The position numbers and the translations under genes are program-made. From NCBI GenBank assembly GCA_013334825.1, contig JAAXWR010000001.1, forward strand, positions 267,769 through 331,768: DNA of 64,000 nt, given 5' to 3'. Shown here piece by piece: positions 39,591-49,599 of this stretch. Each line of letters begins with the position of its first letter. Position 1 is the stretch's first letter. The DNA is from Candidatus Yonathbacteria bacterium (GTDB lineage: Bacteria; Patescibacteriota; Minisyncoccia; Phycocordibacterales; JACNGX01). The notes below the pieces were generated by a model. The model did not search any database and had not been told where the DNA came from. It saw nothing but the letters and a program-made list of their open reading frames with translations.

Positions 39591-39949
39591 GATGTTATTC
39601 CCTGTTAGTTAGTGGATGTTTTTGAAGAAAATTACTGATTTGTACGATACCATATAAAAAAATATATGCAAGTGATGTATTGCTCAGTTTACCCTAACGA
39701 CGCTAGGACCCACGTTTTACTACTCCGTGGATTCAGCCCCACTTTTATTAATAAATTCATTACTGAAAAAATGAATGAGCAGATTCACTTTATAATTCAG
39801 CATACTCGTTATATGTAAAAGTGGAGCTGGATGAAAACTGTAGACGTGGATGCTGAATCAAGTTCAGCAAGACAACTAAAAAAAGACTGTGTGGATTCCG
39901 TATCACTTTTTAACCTCTTATTTTCTTTTTCATCGTTTATCGTTTTTTA

Positions 39950-40168
39950 GTCATTCGTATATTCCCTAGCACTGTGCACTACGTAGGATGCACAGCACGC
40001 CACGTGGATGCACAGCACGCCATGTAGGGTGCGGGGCAGGCGTACAAGTTCGTACTTCGTAACCCTTAATTCTTGATTCGTGCTTCGTGATTCCCTGCAC
40101 CACGTAGGGTGCAGGGCACGCTTGATTCGAGTATCTGTCCCTCTAACCTCTCACCTATAACCTCTTTC
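39950..40168. repeat. Mosaic heptamer/palindrome repeat cluster
   Basis: Near-identical inverted copy of 43785-43905; CCCTGCACC-ACGTAG-GGTGCAGGG hairpin. Confidence 0.9.
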
Positions 40169-40172
40169 CTAA

Positions 40173-40223
40173 ACCTTAAATTCAATCACATCACCGTCCT
40201 TCACCACATACTCCTTGCCTTCT
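40173..40223 (-). repeat. 51-bp exact duplicate of the ychF 3' end (41327-41377)
   Basis: ACCTTAAATTCAATCACATCACCGTCCTTCACCACATACTCCTTGCCTTCT at both sites. Confidence 0.95.
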
Positions 40224-40457
40224 TGCTCTCTTTTTCTTTATATTACACCCGTGTGTGACATCTGCGAAAGATGCAAAAAAAGGCGAGGTTCCCTATCGCC
40301 AAAATTTCGGCGTATGGAAGAAAAATGGGAGTACCTATTCTTTTGGTAAGACGAGTGACCTGTTTTTTTCACAGTAAAAGTAAGTGGGGATACACTCAAA
40401 CTTACTATTACAAAAAGGTCAAAGGAAGAGTATGGAGAGTATATTCAATATCAGGAC

Positions 40458-40739
40458 ATGATAATAGGAGAAAAAGAAATGCCTGCAGAGACATCTCCTG
40501 TGTATGTGAGTATAGTGTTTAGTCGTAAGCACTATACTGAACATTATGCACATGATCCGCAAAAAGAAAACGACCTTTTCTTGCAGAGAGATTTTCGTGA
40601 AGCAATTATATCGCTTCGTAATGAGAAAATCCAAAAGGCTCTGGATCTCTACTTCCGGGACATGCCAAAGACAGTTAACGATAGTGAGACTGTCTTGTTG
40701 TCCGCTACTCTTGTGACTGCGTATGAAGATGTGTCATGA
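40458..40739 (+). CDS. Hypothetical protein in ychF islet, possibly a fragment
   Basis: 93-aa ORF overlapping another short ORF (40271-40522); terminator at about 40866-40886. Confidence 0.4.
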   Translation: MIIGEKEMPAETSPVYVSIVFSRKHYTEHYAHDPQKENDLFLQRDFREAIISLRNEKIQKALDLYFRDMPKTVNDSETVLLSATLVTAYEDVS

Positions 40740-40931
40740 TGGAAGAAGTTTAAACTGGGAGATTTCCTTTTCAAAAATCTTTCGGATATAGCAATAGGAT
40801 GTGGACTATCTGCCATCATATTGGTTATCTATAAATGGTGGCCGAAACTGTAACAAAGTGACCATGCGCCCATAGGGGCGCTTTTTGTATAGGCCATTGA
40901 CAAGAACCTATTGATGAGATAAGATATCGTT

Positions 40932-41064
40932 ATTCGTGAAAGACATGACCGAACTTTCACTTCCCCGCAAGGGGCGACATCATAAGGTTACCGCGAGAGC
41001 CCGGGGGCCGAGACCTGCAACACGGCCTTGTATACACCGCCCGGGCATACTCTCGCGGTTTTTT
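40932..41064 (+). ncRNA. Candidate small structured RNA, about 130 nt
   Basis: TTGACA-17-TAAGAT promoter, three hairpins including CCCC-GCAA-GGGG, long GC stem followed by T6. Confidence 0.55.
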
Positions 41065-41092
41065 GTTTTTCCACCCCTATCTTATTTTATAC

Positions 41093-41254
41093 TGTCATCC
41101 CGTCCAGCCTCACATTGGTGATGTATGGAATACATGCCCAACTCAGCAATAATACTACTGAAAAGCATATTTTCTTTTCGGAATCATACATGCGAGGCTG
41201 GAATGCGGGATCCAGATATAAAAACCTGGATTCCGGCTCAAGCCCGGAATGACA
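41093..41254. repeat. REP-like doublet: expanded hairpin copy plus inverted canonical copy
   Basis: TGTCATCCCG..CGGGATCCAG (41093-41215) then CTGGATTCCGGCTCAAGCCCGGAATGACA (41226-41254). Confidence 0.85.
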
Positions 41255-41322
41255 ACTCTATATTGATTGTTCAACTTTCTTTTCGCCATTCTTAATTCAT
41301 GATTCTTTATTCTTGCTTCTCA

Positions 41323-42429
41323 TCACACCTTAAATTCAATCACATCACCGTCCTTCACCACATACTCCTTGCCTTCTGTACGGAGTAATCCTTTCTCGCG
41401 AGCGGTGGCGTATGAGCCAGCAGAAAGAAGTGTGTCGGTGTGAATCACTTCAGCACGGATAAATCTATCACGAAAATCGGTATGAATAGCGGCACCTGCT
41501 TCGGGGGCGGAACATGCATACGGGACTGTCCATGCGCGTGTCTCGTCTGGTCCGGTCGTCAAATAGGTCATGAGTCCGAGAAGTGCGTAGGAACCCTTGA
41601 TAAGGTCATTGACCCCATCATCGCTTCCCGCGTCGAGTTCTTCACGAAAGAGCGCACGGTCTTCACCTTCGAGTTCTGAAAGTTCGCGTTCAATACCCGC
41701 ATCCACAATGACGTATTGCGCACCCGATTCATCGAGAAAGGTGGTGAGGGCGCGCCAGCGCCCGTCTGAGGCGTCAGGGTCGTCGTTTAGGTTCTTGGCG
41801 CCCGCTTTTCTGTTCAAGACATAGAGCATCGGCTTTATAGAAAGGAGGTTCAAGTGTTTGACTGCCAATAATTCTTCAGGAGAAAGATCACATGCTTCGG
41901 CGCGTATCCCTTCGTCAAATGCGGTGGACAATTTTGCCAATGCGTCTGCTTCGAATTTTGCTTTTTTCTCGCCTTTTTTAAGTTCACCCGCGAGACTTCC
42001 CATGCGCTTGGTTACACTTTGCATGTCGGCAAGAATAAGCTCAAGATTGATGACAGTGATATCGCGTAATGGGTCAATAGACCCATCTACATGCGTGACG
42101 TTGCCATCTTCAAAAATGCGAACAATGTGCGCGATAGCATCTGTTTCGCGGATGTGTGCAAGGAATTTATTACCGAGTCCCTCGCCATCGGATGCACCTT
42201 TGACGAGTCCAGCGATGTCAGTAAACTCAATCGCCGCGGGTATCGTCTTTGCAGAATGTGAAAATGCGGTGAGTTTGCCCAGACGTTCATCAGGCACGGC
42301 AACAACACCGACAGCAGGGTCGATGGTACAGAAAGGATAGTTCTCCGCGGGGACCGATTTGCGAGTCAGTGCGTTGAAGAGTGTTGATTTGCCGACATTG
42401 GGAAGGCCGACGATACCGATGGAAAGCAT
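41323..42429 (-). CDS. ychF: Ribosome-binding ATPase YchF
   Basis: GIVGLPNVGKST, NYPFCTIDP, DIAGLVKGAS, GLGNKFL and EGKEYVVKDGD motifs. Confidence 0.97.
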   Translation of the reverse strand: MLSIGIVGLPNVGKSTLFNALTRKSVPAENYPFCTIDPAVGVVAVPDERLGKLTAFSHSAKTIPAAIEFTDIAGLVKGASDGEGLGNKFLAHIRETDAIAHIVRIFEDGNVTHVDGSIDPLRDITVINLELILADMQSVTKRMGSLAGELKKGEKKAKFEADALAKLSTAFDEGIRAEACDLSPEELLAVKHLNLLSIKPMLYVLNRKAGAKNLNDDPDASDGRWRALTTFLDESGAQYVIVDAGIERELSELEGEDRALFREELDAGSDDGVNDLIKGSYALLGLMTYLTTGPDETRAWTVPYACSAPEAGAAIHTDFRDRFIRAEVIHTDTLLSAGSYATAREKGLLRTEGKEYVVKDGDVIEFKV

Positions 42430-42627
42430 AAATGAAAGTTGTCAGTTATAAGTTTCAAGTTGCAAGAGTAAAAAAGTGAAGCCGTTGTATCACAAATATA
42501 TCCCGTTCTGTAAGCATATAGGACGAATGTATTTGACGCAATGGCATTGACTTTAACTGATATAAGTTGTAGTCTTATTTTAGAAAAGTCCTTACTTATT
42601 TTATATCAACAAGAAGAGGGGTGTCAC

Positions 42628-43035
42628 ATGTCGGATGGAATCACTAATTTTCTCAAAAAATTGGCAAAAACAGAATTACGTATAAAGTATGAGGAAGGTC
42701 CGTTTGCCTTTTACATGGGAAACGAATGTACTCCTTTAGATAAAGGGTTGCAGACGTGGAAGATAAATATATCACCGATTTTCTTTAAAAAAATTCTCGG
42801 TGATTATTATCGTATTGATGATCATGATTGTATGTGTTGTCATATTGACGAGCATGCTTGTATGGGGGAGATATCTCCCGTATTTACAATCCGTGGCATT
42901 CTTTATGATGCGAAAAAGGATTGTTATATGCTTGTCACAGAGATTGACAACGGGATATTTTCTTTTGATCCCGTTGAACAATATGTCAACACTCAATTTC
43001 TGTATGAGGTCTATTGGAATAATGGTCCTCGCTGA
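42628..43035 (+). CDS. Hypothetical ORFan in stand-alone cassette
   Basis: TTGACT-17-TAGTCT promoter; terminator ACTCCCC-CTC-GGGGAGT plus T-tract. Confidence 0.7.
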   Translation: MSDGITNFLKKLAKTELRIKYEEGPFAFYMGNECTPLDKGLQTWKINISPIFFKKILGDYYRIDDHDCMCCHIDEHACMGEISPVFTIRGILYDAKKDCYMLVTEIDNGIFSFDPVEQYVNTQFLYEVYWNNGPR

Positions 43036-43087
43036 TGATTGACACACTCCCCCTCGGGGAGTTTTTTGTTTTTTAGTTTCCTCACTT

Positions 43088-43438
43088 TTACGTAAGTGGT
43101 TGTATGCCAAGTTTAATGATTTTAAGGGGTGTATGGGGACCGACGGGCTGTTTGTAATAGTTTGTGTAGGTCGTATACATTGTTTCTTCTGAATCAAATT
43201 TTTCATGACCATCCCAATCCTCGGAAGACAATTCAGCAAATGTTGTCTCGCGTACTGCGAGCACTTTACCAACAGAAAACACTTCTTTTGTTTCATAAAG
43301 AAGTAGATCGCATACATCGCCTGCGGTAATGTTCTTGTCGTCAAAGAGACGCCATGTGGTGTATTTTTCCCCTCGGAGAATCATATCCGCAAGTTCTTTT
43401 TTAAATTTGAGCGTTTTATGCTCCATAAATTGTTCCAC
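43088..43438 (-). CDS. ASCH domain protein
   Basis: ILRGEKYTTWR (GxKxxxxR) motif. Confidence 0.85.
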   Translation of the reverse strand: MEQFMEHKTLKFKKELADMILRGEKYTTWRLFDDKNITAGDVCDLLLYETKEVFSVGKVLAVRETTFAELSSEDWDGHEKFDSEETMYTTYTNYYKQPVGPHTPLKIIKLGIQPLT

Positions 43439-43439
43439 C

Positions 43440-43670
43440 TTATTTCCCCATCAATTTTGTAAGTTCTGCTTGATATTTGGGCATCACCGCCATTGCCGCG
43501 GACATTTGGTCTTTGCCTTTTTTCATTTCCGCTTGCATTTCCAAAGCAATCTTTTGGAAAAGATCAGGGTTTTCTTCAACGGCTTTCAAAATCTTGTCTT
43601 GCTGTTCTTGTGGAACACCTTTCAATTGGCTGGCAAGTGTTTTTTTGAGAAGGAGGGTTTTGAGGGACAT
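43440..43670 (-). CDS. Small helical hypothetical protein
   Basis: 76-aa ORF NPDLFQKIA..GKDQMSAAM, directly upstream of the ASCH gene. Confidence 0.75.
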   Translation of the reverse strand: MSLKTLLLKKTLASQLKGVPQEQQDKILKAVEENPDLFQKIALEMQAEMKKGKDQMSAAMAVMPKYQAELTKLMGK

Positions 43671-43680
43671 AGTTGTGATG

Positions 43681-44085
43681 AGGGGGTTAGCTTATAGGTG
43701 ATAGGACAGATACTCGAATCAAGAATCACGAAGCAAGAATCAAGAATACGAGAGATGAATGATGAAATATGAACGTAGGAAATAGGTTAGAGGGACAGAT
43801 ACTCGAATCAAGCGTGCCCTGCACCCTACGTGGTGCAGGGAATCACGAAGCACGAAGCAAGAATTAAGGGTTACGAAGTACGAACTTGTACGCTTGCCCT
43901 GCACCCTACGTGGTGCTGGGGAATATACGAATAAAAAGTTTCTTCCACACATGTTATGTATCATTCGTAGATTCGTACGTATTGGTTATTCGTAAAAATG
44001 ATATTGACAGACAAAAACAATCCCAAACAATTTCTACGAACCATGCACCACGTAGGATGCATGGCAGGCTAAGAACTACGAACTA
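43681..44085. repeat. Mosaic heptamer/palindrome repeat cluster
   Basis: Two GCACCCTACGTGGTGC copies, one GCACCACGTAGGATGC, AAGAATC and ACGAACT heptamers. Confidence 0.9.
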
Positions 44086-44469
44086 CGTCAAACGTTCATC
44101 TATCTTTTTTACGACATCAGTGATGCTCATGTCTGCCTTTACTAAATAATCGACATGTGGATATGCTGTTACTTCTGCAACATAGTCCATGTCGCTGATA
44201 TTTGTGAGGAGGATGACAGGAATATGTGTTGTCTCCTCTGTTTCGCGGAGAATACGGAGTGCTTCTCGTCCGTCCATGACAGGCATCATGATATCGAGAA
44301 GAATAAGATCAGGATGATGTTCTCGAGCAGAAGTAACTGCTTCTTGTCCATTCTTTGCTTCAATAACATCATACCCAGCATGAGAAAGTGCTGCATGCAT
44401 AACGCGACGAAGTGAGTCCTCATCATCGGCGGTAAGTATGATTTTTTTTGCACGAATGTCTGTGTCCAT
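44083..44469 (-). CDS. Single-domain response regulator
   Basis: ILTADDE, PDLILLDIMMPVMDG and YLVK motifs. Confidence 0.92.
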   Translation of the reverse strand: MDTDIRAKKIILTADDEDSLRRVMHAALSHAGYDVIEAKNGQEAVTSAREHHPDLILLDIMMPVMDGREALRILRETEETTHIPVILLTNISDMDYVAEVTAYPHVDYLVKADMSITDVVKKIDERLT

Positions 44470-44473
44470 ATTG

Positions 44474-44854
44474 TTACTGCGCGTTTTCAAGCGCGTAAGA
44501 AATATCATTAATAATCTGTGATAAATCGTAATCCGCTTTTGTATAATATTGTTCAACACCAAGACGCATATATGATGTCATGCTTTCTGCTCCTGCACTG
44601 TTGGAAACAACGAATACGGGAATATTCTTGGTATGTTCAGAACCTTTGAGCCGCGCGACGAAGTCAAGACCATTTTGTTTTCCCAAGAGATAGTGATCTA
44701 GCCATATTGCATCAATGTGTTCTTCCCCGTCAATGACAGAAAGGCCTTCTTCAACAGTGCGTGCGATGACAGGAGAAAAGCCACGCATTGAGAGTTGGTG
44801 TTCAATGGCAGTGATAAGAGCGGAGTCGTCTTCAAGGACTAAGATGTGTTTCAT
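44474..44854 (-). CDS. Single-domain response regulator
   Basis: ILVLEDD, AIWLD, NGLDF and YYTK motifs. Confidence 0.88.
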   Translation of the reverse strand: MKHILVLEDDSALITAIEHQLSMRGFSPVIARTVEEGLSVIDGEEHIDAIWLDHYLLGKQNGLDFVARLKGSEHTKNIPVFVVSNSAGAESMTSYMRLGVEQYYTKADYDLSQIINDISYALENAQ

Positions 44855-44874
44855 GAGATGTATGCCCTACGTGC

Positions 44875-46686
44875 TTATTCTTCTGCGACTTTCCGTATGG
44901 GCTGTATAGGAAGTATACCATAAAAGGTACTCCCTTTTCCAACCTCTGAATCAAAATGTATCGATCCCCCATCTGATTCAATAATATGCTTGATAATATA
45001 AAGGCCGAGACCTGTTCCTGTTGCATCAACCGCTTTTGCATTGTCAGCACGGAACATTTTGTTGAAAATACGGCTTTGCTGGTCTGCCGGGATACCATAT
45101 CCATTATCTTTTACAGAAAAGAAGAGATGTTCGGTTCCTTCTTTTTGGATAGTAATCTCCACTACACCATTTTGGGGTGTGTATTTTACCGCGTTTGAAA
45201 GAAGATTCTGAAAAATCATATGCATTTGCGCCCTGTCAAACATGATATCGGGAGCGTCTGTCGCAAATGATTCAATAATGGTGATATGTTTCTCGCGTGC
45301 GAGTGGTTGAAGTTCTTTGAGTGCTGTTTTCGCAGCTTCGATTGGACGAATTGGTTCGGGAATCCATCGCATAGTTCCGAGGTCGAGTCGAGACACATTG
45401 AGAAGTGATTCTACCAGTTCAATCATGCGTTTATTCGCGTCATATATTTCTTTGATATAACTACGACTCTCTTCGGGAATAGCCATGTTTTCTGACAACA
45501 ACATTTCAGTATACCAACGTATGGTAGAGAGCGGTGTGCGAAGTTGATGAGACGCGAGAGAGACGAATTCAGTTTTTGCTTTATCGACAGCTTTTCGTTT
45601 TGTGACATCAGAGAAGATTGCGGTATAAAAAATGGGCGTATGATGTTCTGAGATGGGTGCGATATATACTTCCGCGTTATACGGTGTGTTGTTGCCTCGC
45701 GTACCAGCAAGATCATCGGTAAAGAGGGTTGTTCCATCATGGAATGTCTGTCTCACAGATTGTGCAACGGATATTGGTGACAATGCTTCAAAAGGTGCAA
45801 TGGCATAGGTTCCCAAAGCTTTTTCTGGTGATACACCAGTAAGAGCTTCCCATGCGTTGTTTGCATAGAGAATGATGCCAGTAGTGTCGGTAATAAGAAT
45901 CGCTTCATTGGAAGATGCGACTGCTTGGGCAAATTTTTTCGTATTGAGCATTTCCTCATGAATACGCTCGTTTGCTTTGCGAAGTTCGTCAGTGCGACGT
46001 CTGAGCAGTTCTTCGGCTTCTCGTATTGCGCTGATGTCGCGTGTAGATCCTGAGACATGCATAGGTATGCCGTCTGATGTACGTTCAATGGTCCCCTCTT
46101 CTATAATATATCGCCAGTTACCTGAATTTGTTTTGAGACGATAATCTGTTTTGTATACACGCATACCTCCGCCAATGGCGTGTGTGAGTGTTTCTTTGAG
46201 TGCAGACACATCATCAGGGTGCACTGATTCAAGAAGTTCGGCATATGTTTTGGGTGCATGTTGCTCATCGTATCCAAAGAGTGAGCGCCAGTGATCCGAA
46301 ACATATAATGAATCATCAAGAAGGTTGCGTTCCCATGCACCCGCGCCAGAACTTTCAAGAATTTCAGCATAGCGGTCTCGTGTTTCCTTGAGTCTTTGCG
46401 TGATATCGTTGGCATGTGAAAGTTCTCTCTGTACATTTCCCACAAGAAGACCAGCAATGGCGGTGAATATAAGTACGCATATACTTACGCCTATTTGTAC
46501 AAACATCGGAGCAATACCGAGTGCATTTGCGACAATGTTAGGTGTAAGTATAAAAAATCCTCCCGCGCATAGGGAAAGAAAAGCAACAAATATCGCAAGG
46601 AGATACGCAATACGAGAGATTGTTGTCATCCACGATGTTTCGGATGTATTGGAGAGAGGAATGCGTTGTGTTGGAGTGGGTGTCAT
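44875..46686 (-). CDS. Membrane PAS-PAS sensor histidine kinase
   Basis: Two TM helices, PAS domains (VHPDD), SHQLRTP H-box, NLLSNAVKY, DNGYGI and GTGLGL motifs. Confidence 0.95.
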   Translation of the reverse strand: MTPTPTQRIPLSNTSETSWMTTISRIAYLLAIFVAFLSLCAGGFFILTPNIVANALGIAPMFVQIGVSICVLIFTAIAGLLVGNVQRELSHANDITQRLKETRDRYAEILESSGAGAWERNLLDDSLYVSDHWRSLFGYDEQHAPKTYAELLESVHPDDVSALKETLTHAIGGGMRVYKTDYRLKTNSGNWRYIIEEGTIERTSDGIPMHVSGSTRDISAIREAEELLRRRTDELRKANERIHEEMLNTKKFAQAVASSNEAILITDTTGIILYANNAWEALTGVSPEKALGTYAIAPFEALSPISVAQSVRQTFHDGTTLFTDDLAGTRGNNTPYNAEVYIAPISEHHTPIFYTAIFSDVTKRKAVDKAKTEFVSLASHQLRTPLSTIRWYTEMLLSENMAIPEESRSYIKEIYDANKRMIELVESLLNVSRLDLGTMRWIPEPIRPIEAAKTALKELQPLAREKHITIIESFATDAPDIMFDRAQMHMIFQNLLSNAVKYTPQNGVVEITIQKEGTEHLFFSVKDNGYGIPADQQSRIFNKMFRADNAKAVDATGTGLGLYIIKHIIESDGGSIHFDSEVGKGSTFYGILPIQPIRKVAEE

Positions 46687-46705
46687 GAGTATTGTGGAGA
46701 AAAAA

Positions 46706-47257
46706 TCAACGCACCGTGTCTTCTTTTGTCTCAATTAAACATGCCGAGAGTTCGGGGGTTGGTGTCCATCCACATCGTCCCGTTGTTTGTCTCGTGCATG
46801 TCGCGGAGCGGTAGCATGCGTATGCAGGCAAAAATTCACATGTCGTTACAATAGTACTTGCGGTGTCGGCTTCGACACAGAGTTGTCCCGAGCATCCCGC
46901 GACTGCACATCCCCCTGGTTTGACCACATGTGGTTGTGGAGGAAGAGCGATGACTTCTTTGTCGTCGTATGGAAGGGGCGTTTCTTCGGATGGCGTGGGC
47001 ACTTCTCTATTATCCGAGACAGCTTCAACAAAAGTACGTCCGTCCTCTGTGCGACATTGACGAGGGTATGATTCCATAATGGGATTCCCCGCACTTGCGC
47101 ATGTGGCAAAGTCGGTAACAGAAGTAGCGGGGACATATGTTGTTATGGGCAATTGCATAATCCCCGCCGCCGCGCCAGCCAAAATAACAAGACCAAGGAG
47201 CACGAGAAATACATGTCCTTCGGTAAGTGTATGTGATTCGGAAGAAAAACGCTTCAT
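46706..47257 (-). CDS. Membrane-anchored Cys-rich surface protein (eight-cysteine-cluster-like)
   Basis: TM helix; DFATCASAGNPIMESYPRQC; GCSGQLC..TTCE..CY..C..CGW. Confidence 0.75.
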   Translation of the reverse strand: MKRFSSESHTLTEGHVFLVLLGLVILAGAAAGIMQLPITTYVPATSVTDFATCASAGNPIMESYPRQCRTEDGRTFVEAVSDNREVPTPSEETPLPYDDKEVIALPPQPHVVKPGGCAVAGCSGQLCVEADTASTIVTTCEFLPAYACYRSATCTRQTTGRCGWTPTPELSACLIETKEDTVR

Positions 47258-47315
47258 AAAAAGAGTATATCACGAAATAATAGATACGCGTGATGGCGTG
47301 TTGAGAAAGCGCAGA

Positions 47316-48914
47316 TTATTGGAATGTTCTTCGTACAGAAATAAGAAGCAAGAACCACAATATTGTAGAAACAATTGTCTCTGCATCATAAATCATACGA
47401 CGCATGATGTTCGTGTGTTCAGCATCAAGTGACGAAAGAAGCGGAATAAAATTTTCTCCAGCCATTGAGAGAGCAGTAAGAAGTTCATTCGGGTGAAAGC
47501 CAAATGTCCACCAAAAAAGTCCAGTAAATACACCGAGTGCGGCGATAATGGCAAGCCATGTATGTTCGGCACGCTCGCCATAGCCAGCAAGTACTCCGTA
47601 CCAAAAGAGGAGAAAACGTCTCCCAGGATATACCGTTACCCAATTGAATGCATGCGCCACAGCGCGTGCGATAGGTTCTTCTTCAGTATTTACTTCGAAT
47701 ACTTCGGCGCGAAGTTTTCTTCTGCGCATTTCCATCTCTCCATAATGAAAGTCCCCCGCGTTTTCATAATCACGTCGTTCTTCGAAATTCTTTTTCATTT
47801 GTCGGTCGAGTTCTTCTACTTCCTCAAAGTCTTCGGAAGAAATATTACGTGAACGTATCTTATCGAGAAACTTAATTGTTTGTTCGGGAGCAAATGGTTT
47901 GTTGTGTCGTTTTTTCAAAAGCATGACTTCATCAAAGAGCGCTGTTCGTCCCAGAGATTCATTGAATGTACATTCAGAAAAGAGTGCTTTGTCGATTTTT
48001 GAATCTTTGAATGACGCATAACGTAAATCAGTGCGTCGAAAGACGGTTGTGCCAGGAAAGACAATATGTGAAAAATCTGCACCTTTGCCAAATGTTGCTT
48101 GGAGAAATTGTGTACGCTGTTCAGACGAAAATGTAACGCGAGAGAAATCAGCCTTTTCAAAACGAGAAAGCCAAAAGATTGCCGCGTGCGTGAATTGGAC
48201 ATCAGAGAAGTCTGCCTTTCCCATTGATTTGATAAGACTGAAGTCTGCTTTTCCTAAGAAACGTGACCCATTCCACTCGACTGATTTTCGAAACGTAGTA
48301 TTACTGAAGTCCGTCTCATCAAACATTTTGTTGTTGCGAAAAGCGCAAGATTCTTCGCATGTCACATTCATAAATAACAACTTGCCAGCAAAACGTATCG
48401 TGCCAAAGTCACTTTGTTGCTTGCATATTGCAAAGCGAAAATCCGCTGTTCCGTCCACGGTACATCCATGGAACATAACGCGTCCTGCAAACACTGTTTC
48501 AAAAAACAGTGCATGGTCAAGAAAGGACGCTTGTACAAAAGAAACATCATGACGAAATACACGACTCGCCCCAGACAACCAAAAATTTTCATCAGCAAAT
48601 TTTGGAAAGATGACATGGGTGAAGTCATAGTCGTTTTTGGCAATTTTTTCTTCGCGTATGGTACGCCAAAATTCTTTGACGCGCGCATAGTCCCATATAC
48701 GGACACCGTCATCTGTTTTAAACCAGTCATGCTTTTCGGTATGTAAAATGCAATGCCCTGTTGTGCGTACATAATCGTCTTTTGCGCCACAGAAAGAGCA
48801 TGTATCAGCATGCGTGTCATTGGTATAATCAAAACGCGAAGAAGCGTCGAGATCTTCGACGCGCTTTTTGATATCTGCCATTATTTTCTCTCTCGGAATT
48901 CCTTTGATAGTCAT
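47316..48914 (-). CDS. Pentapeptide-repeat protein with C-terminal membrane segments
   Basis: Repeated ADFS..F units; YGEMEMRR and LAGYGER followed by TM helices. Confidence 0.85.
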   Translation of the reverse strand: MTIKGIPREKIMADIKKRVEDLDASSRFDYTNDTHADTCSFCGAKDDYVRTTGHCILHTEKHDWFKTDDGVRIWDYARVKEFWRTIREEKIAKNDYDFTHVIFPKFADENFWLSGASRVFRHDVSFVQASFLDHALFFETVFAGRVMFHGCTVDGTADFRFAICKQQSDFGTIRFAGKLLFMNVTCEESCAFRNNKMFDETDFSNTTFRKSVEWNGSRFLGKADFSLIKSMGKADFSDVQFTHAAIFWLSRFEKADFSRVTFSSEQRTQFLQATFGKGADFSHIVFPGTTVFRRTDLRYASFKDSKIDKALFSECTFNESLGRTALFDEVMLLKKRHNKPFAPEQTIKFLDKIRSRNISSEDFEEVEELDRQMKKNFEERRDYENAGDFHYGEMEMRRRKLRAEVFEVNTEEEPIARAVAHAFNWVTVYPGRRFLLFWYGVLAGYGERAEHTWLAIIAALGVFTGLFWWTFGFHPNELLTALSMAGENFIPLLSSLDAEHTNIMRRMIYDAETIVSTILWFLLLISVRRTFQ

Positions 48915-48996
48915 ACGATGACGTTATGCGTACTATTGTATCATGTGATGTATGATGTGTAGGTATGTATGTGTGTGGATTGCATGCCACAATGAA

Positions 48997-49581
48997 TTAA
49001 TTGAGTACATTCATCATGAATGCTGTCAAAAAAAGTATGAGGCATGTGATAAAGAGTACGACAAAAGCAATAAAGACAATGGTACCCGTTGGTGTTTGTT
49101 TTGGTCCGCGGGCTCCTGTGTGAATAACTCCATACTCATCTTCGTCTTCTGGGCGATATCCTTCTGAGCGAGCAGTGTCAACGCGTTTTGTGAGTGGTGG
49201 AAGAATAGGAAATCCTTCCGCATCTTTGCGCATGTCTTCTTTAAATGTTTCATCAAGACGGTCAATCATTGCACCGATGTTCCAGTCGTCTTTTTCTTTT
49301 GATTGTGTATTGGGCTCGTGTGATGTGTGTGTTTTGACAGGCGGAATAACTGCGTCAATGGTTCGTTTTTTTAGATGGGGAATAAAACGATGTGCGCTTT
49401 TTTTCGGGGATGTTGGTACTGGGGTATGTGTAATGGTGTGTGTAGGTGTGGCATGTGTATCTGATTGTGTACGAAATGTGTCCGCGAGTGATTCGTTTGA
49501 CGTGTGCGCGCCAGACGCATCAGTTTTTTGAGAAGTATCTTCTGGCCAGAATCTACTTGGATCATTGGGGAGAACGCTCAT
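48997..49581 (-). CDS. Hypothetical protein, disordered with C-terminal TM anchor
   Basis: 194-aa ORF with TATAAT 6 nt before the ATG. Confidence 0.7.
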   Translation of the reverse strand: MSVLPNDPSRFWPEDTSQKTDASGAHTSNESLADTFRTQSDTHATPTHTITHTPVPTSPKKSAHRFIPHLKKRTIDAVIPPVKTHTSHEPNTQSKEKDDWNIGAMIDRLDETFKEDMRKDAEGFPILPPLTKRVDTARSEGYRPEDEDEYGVIHTGARGPKQTPTGTIVFIAFVVLFITCLILFLTAFMMNVLN

Positions 49582-49599
49582 GAGACTATTATAGAGGAA

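Noticed and set aside
44083-46686. Kinase with two output-less receiver proteins as a novel signalling system
   Set aside because: Single-domain receivers beside PAS kinases are a common arrangement, and nothing distinctive is visible
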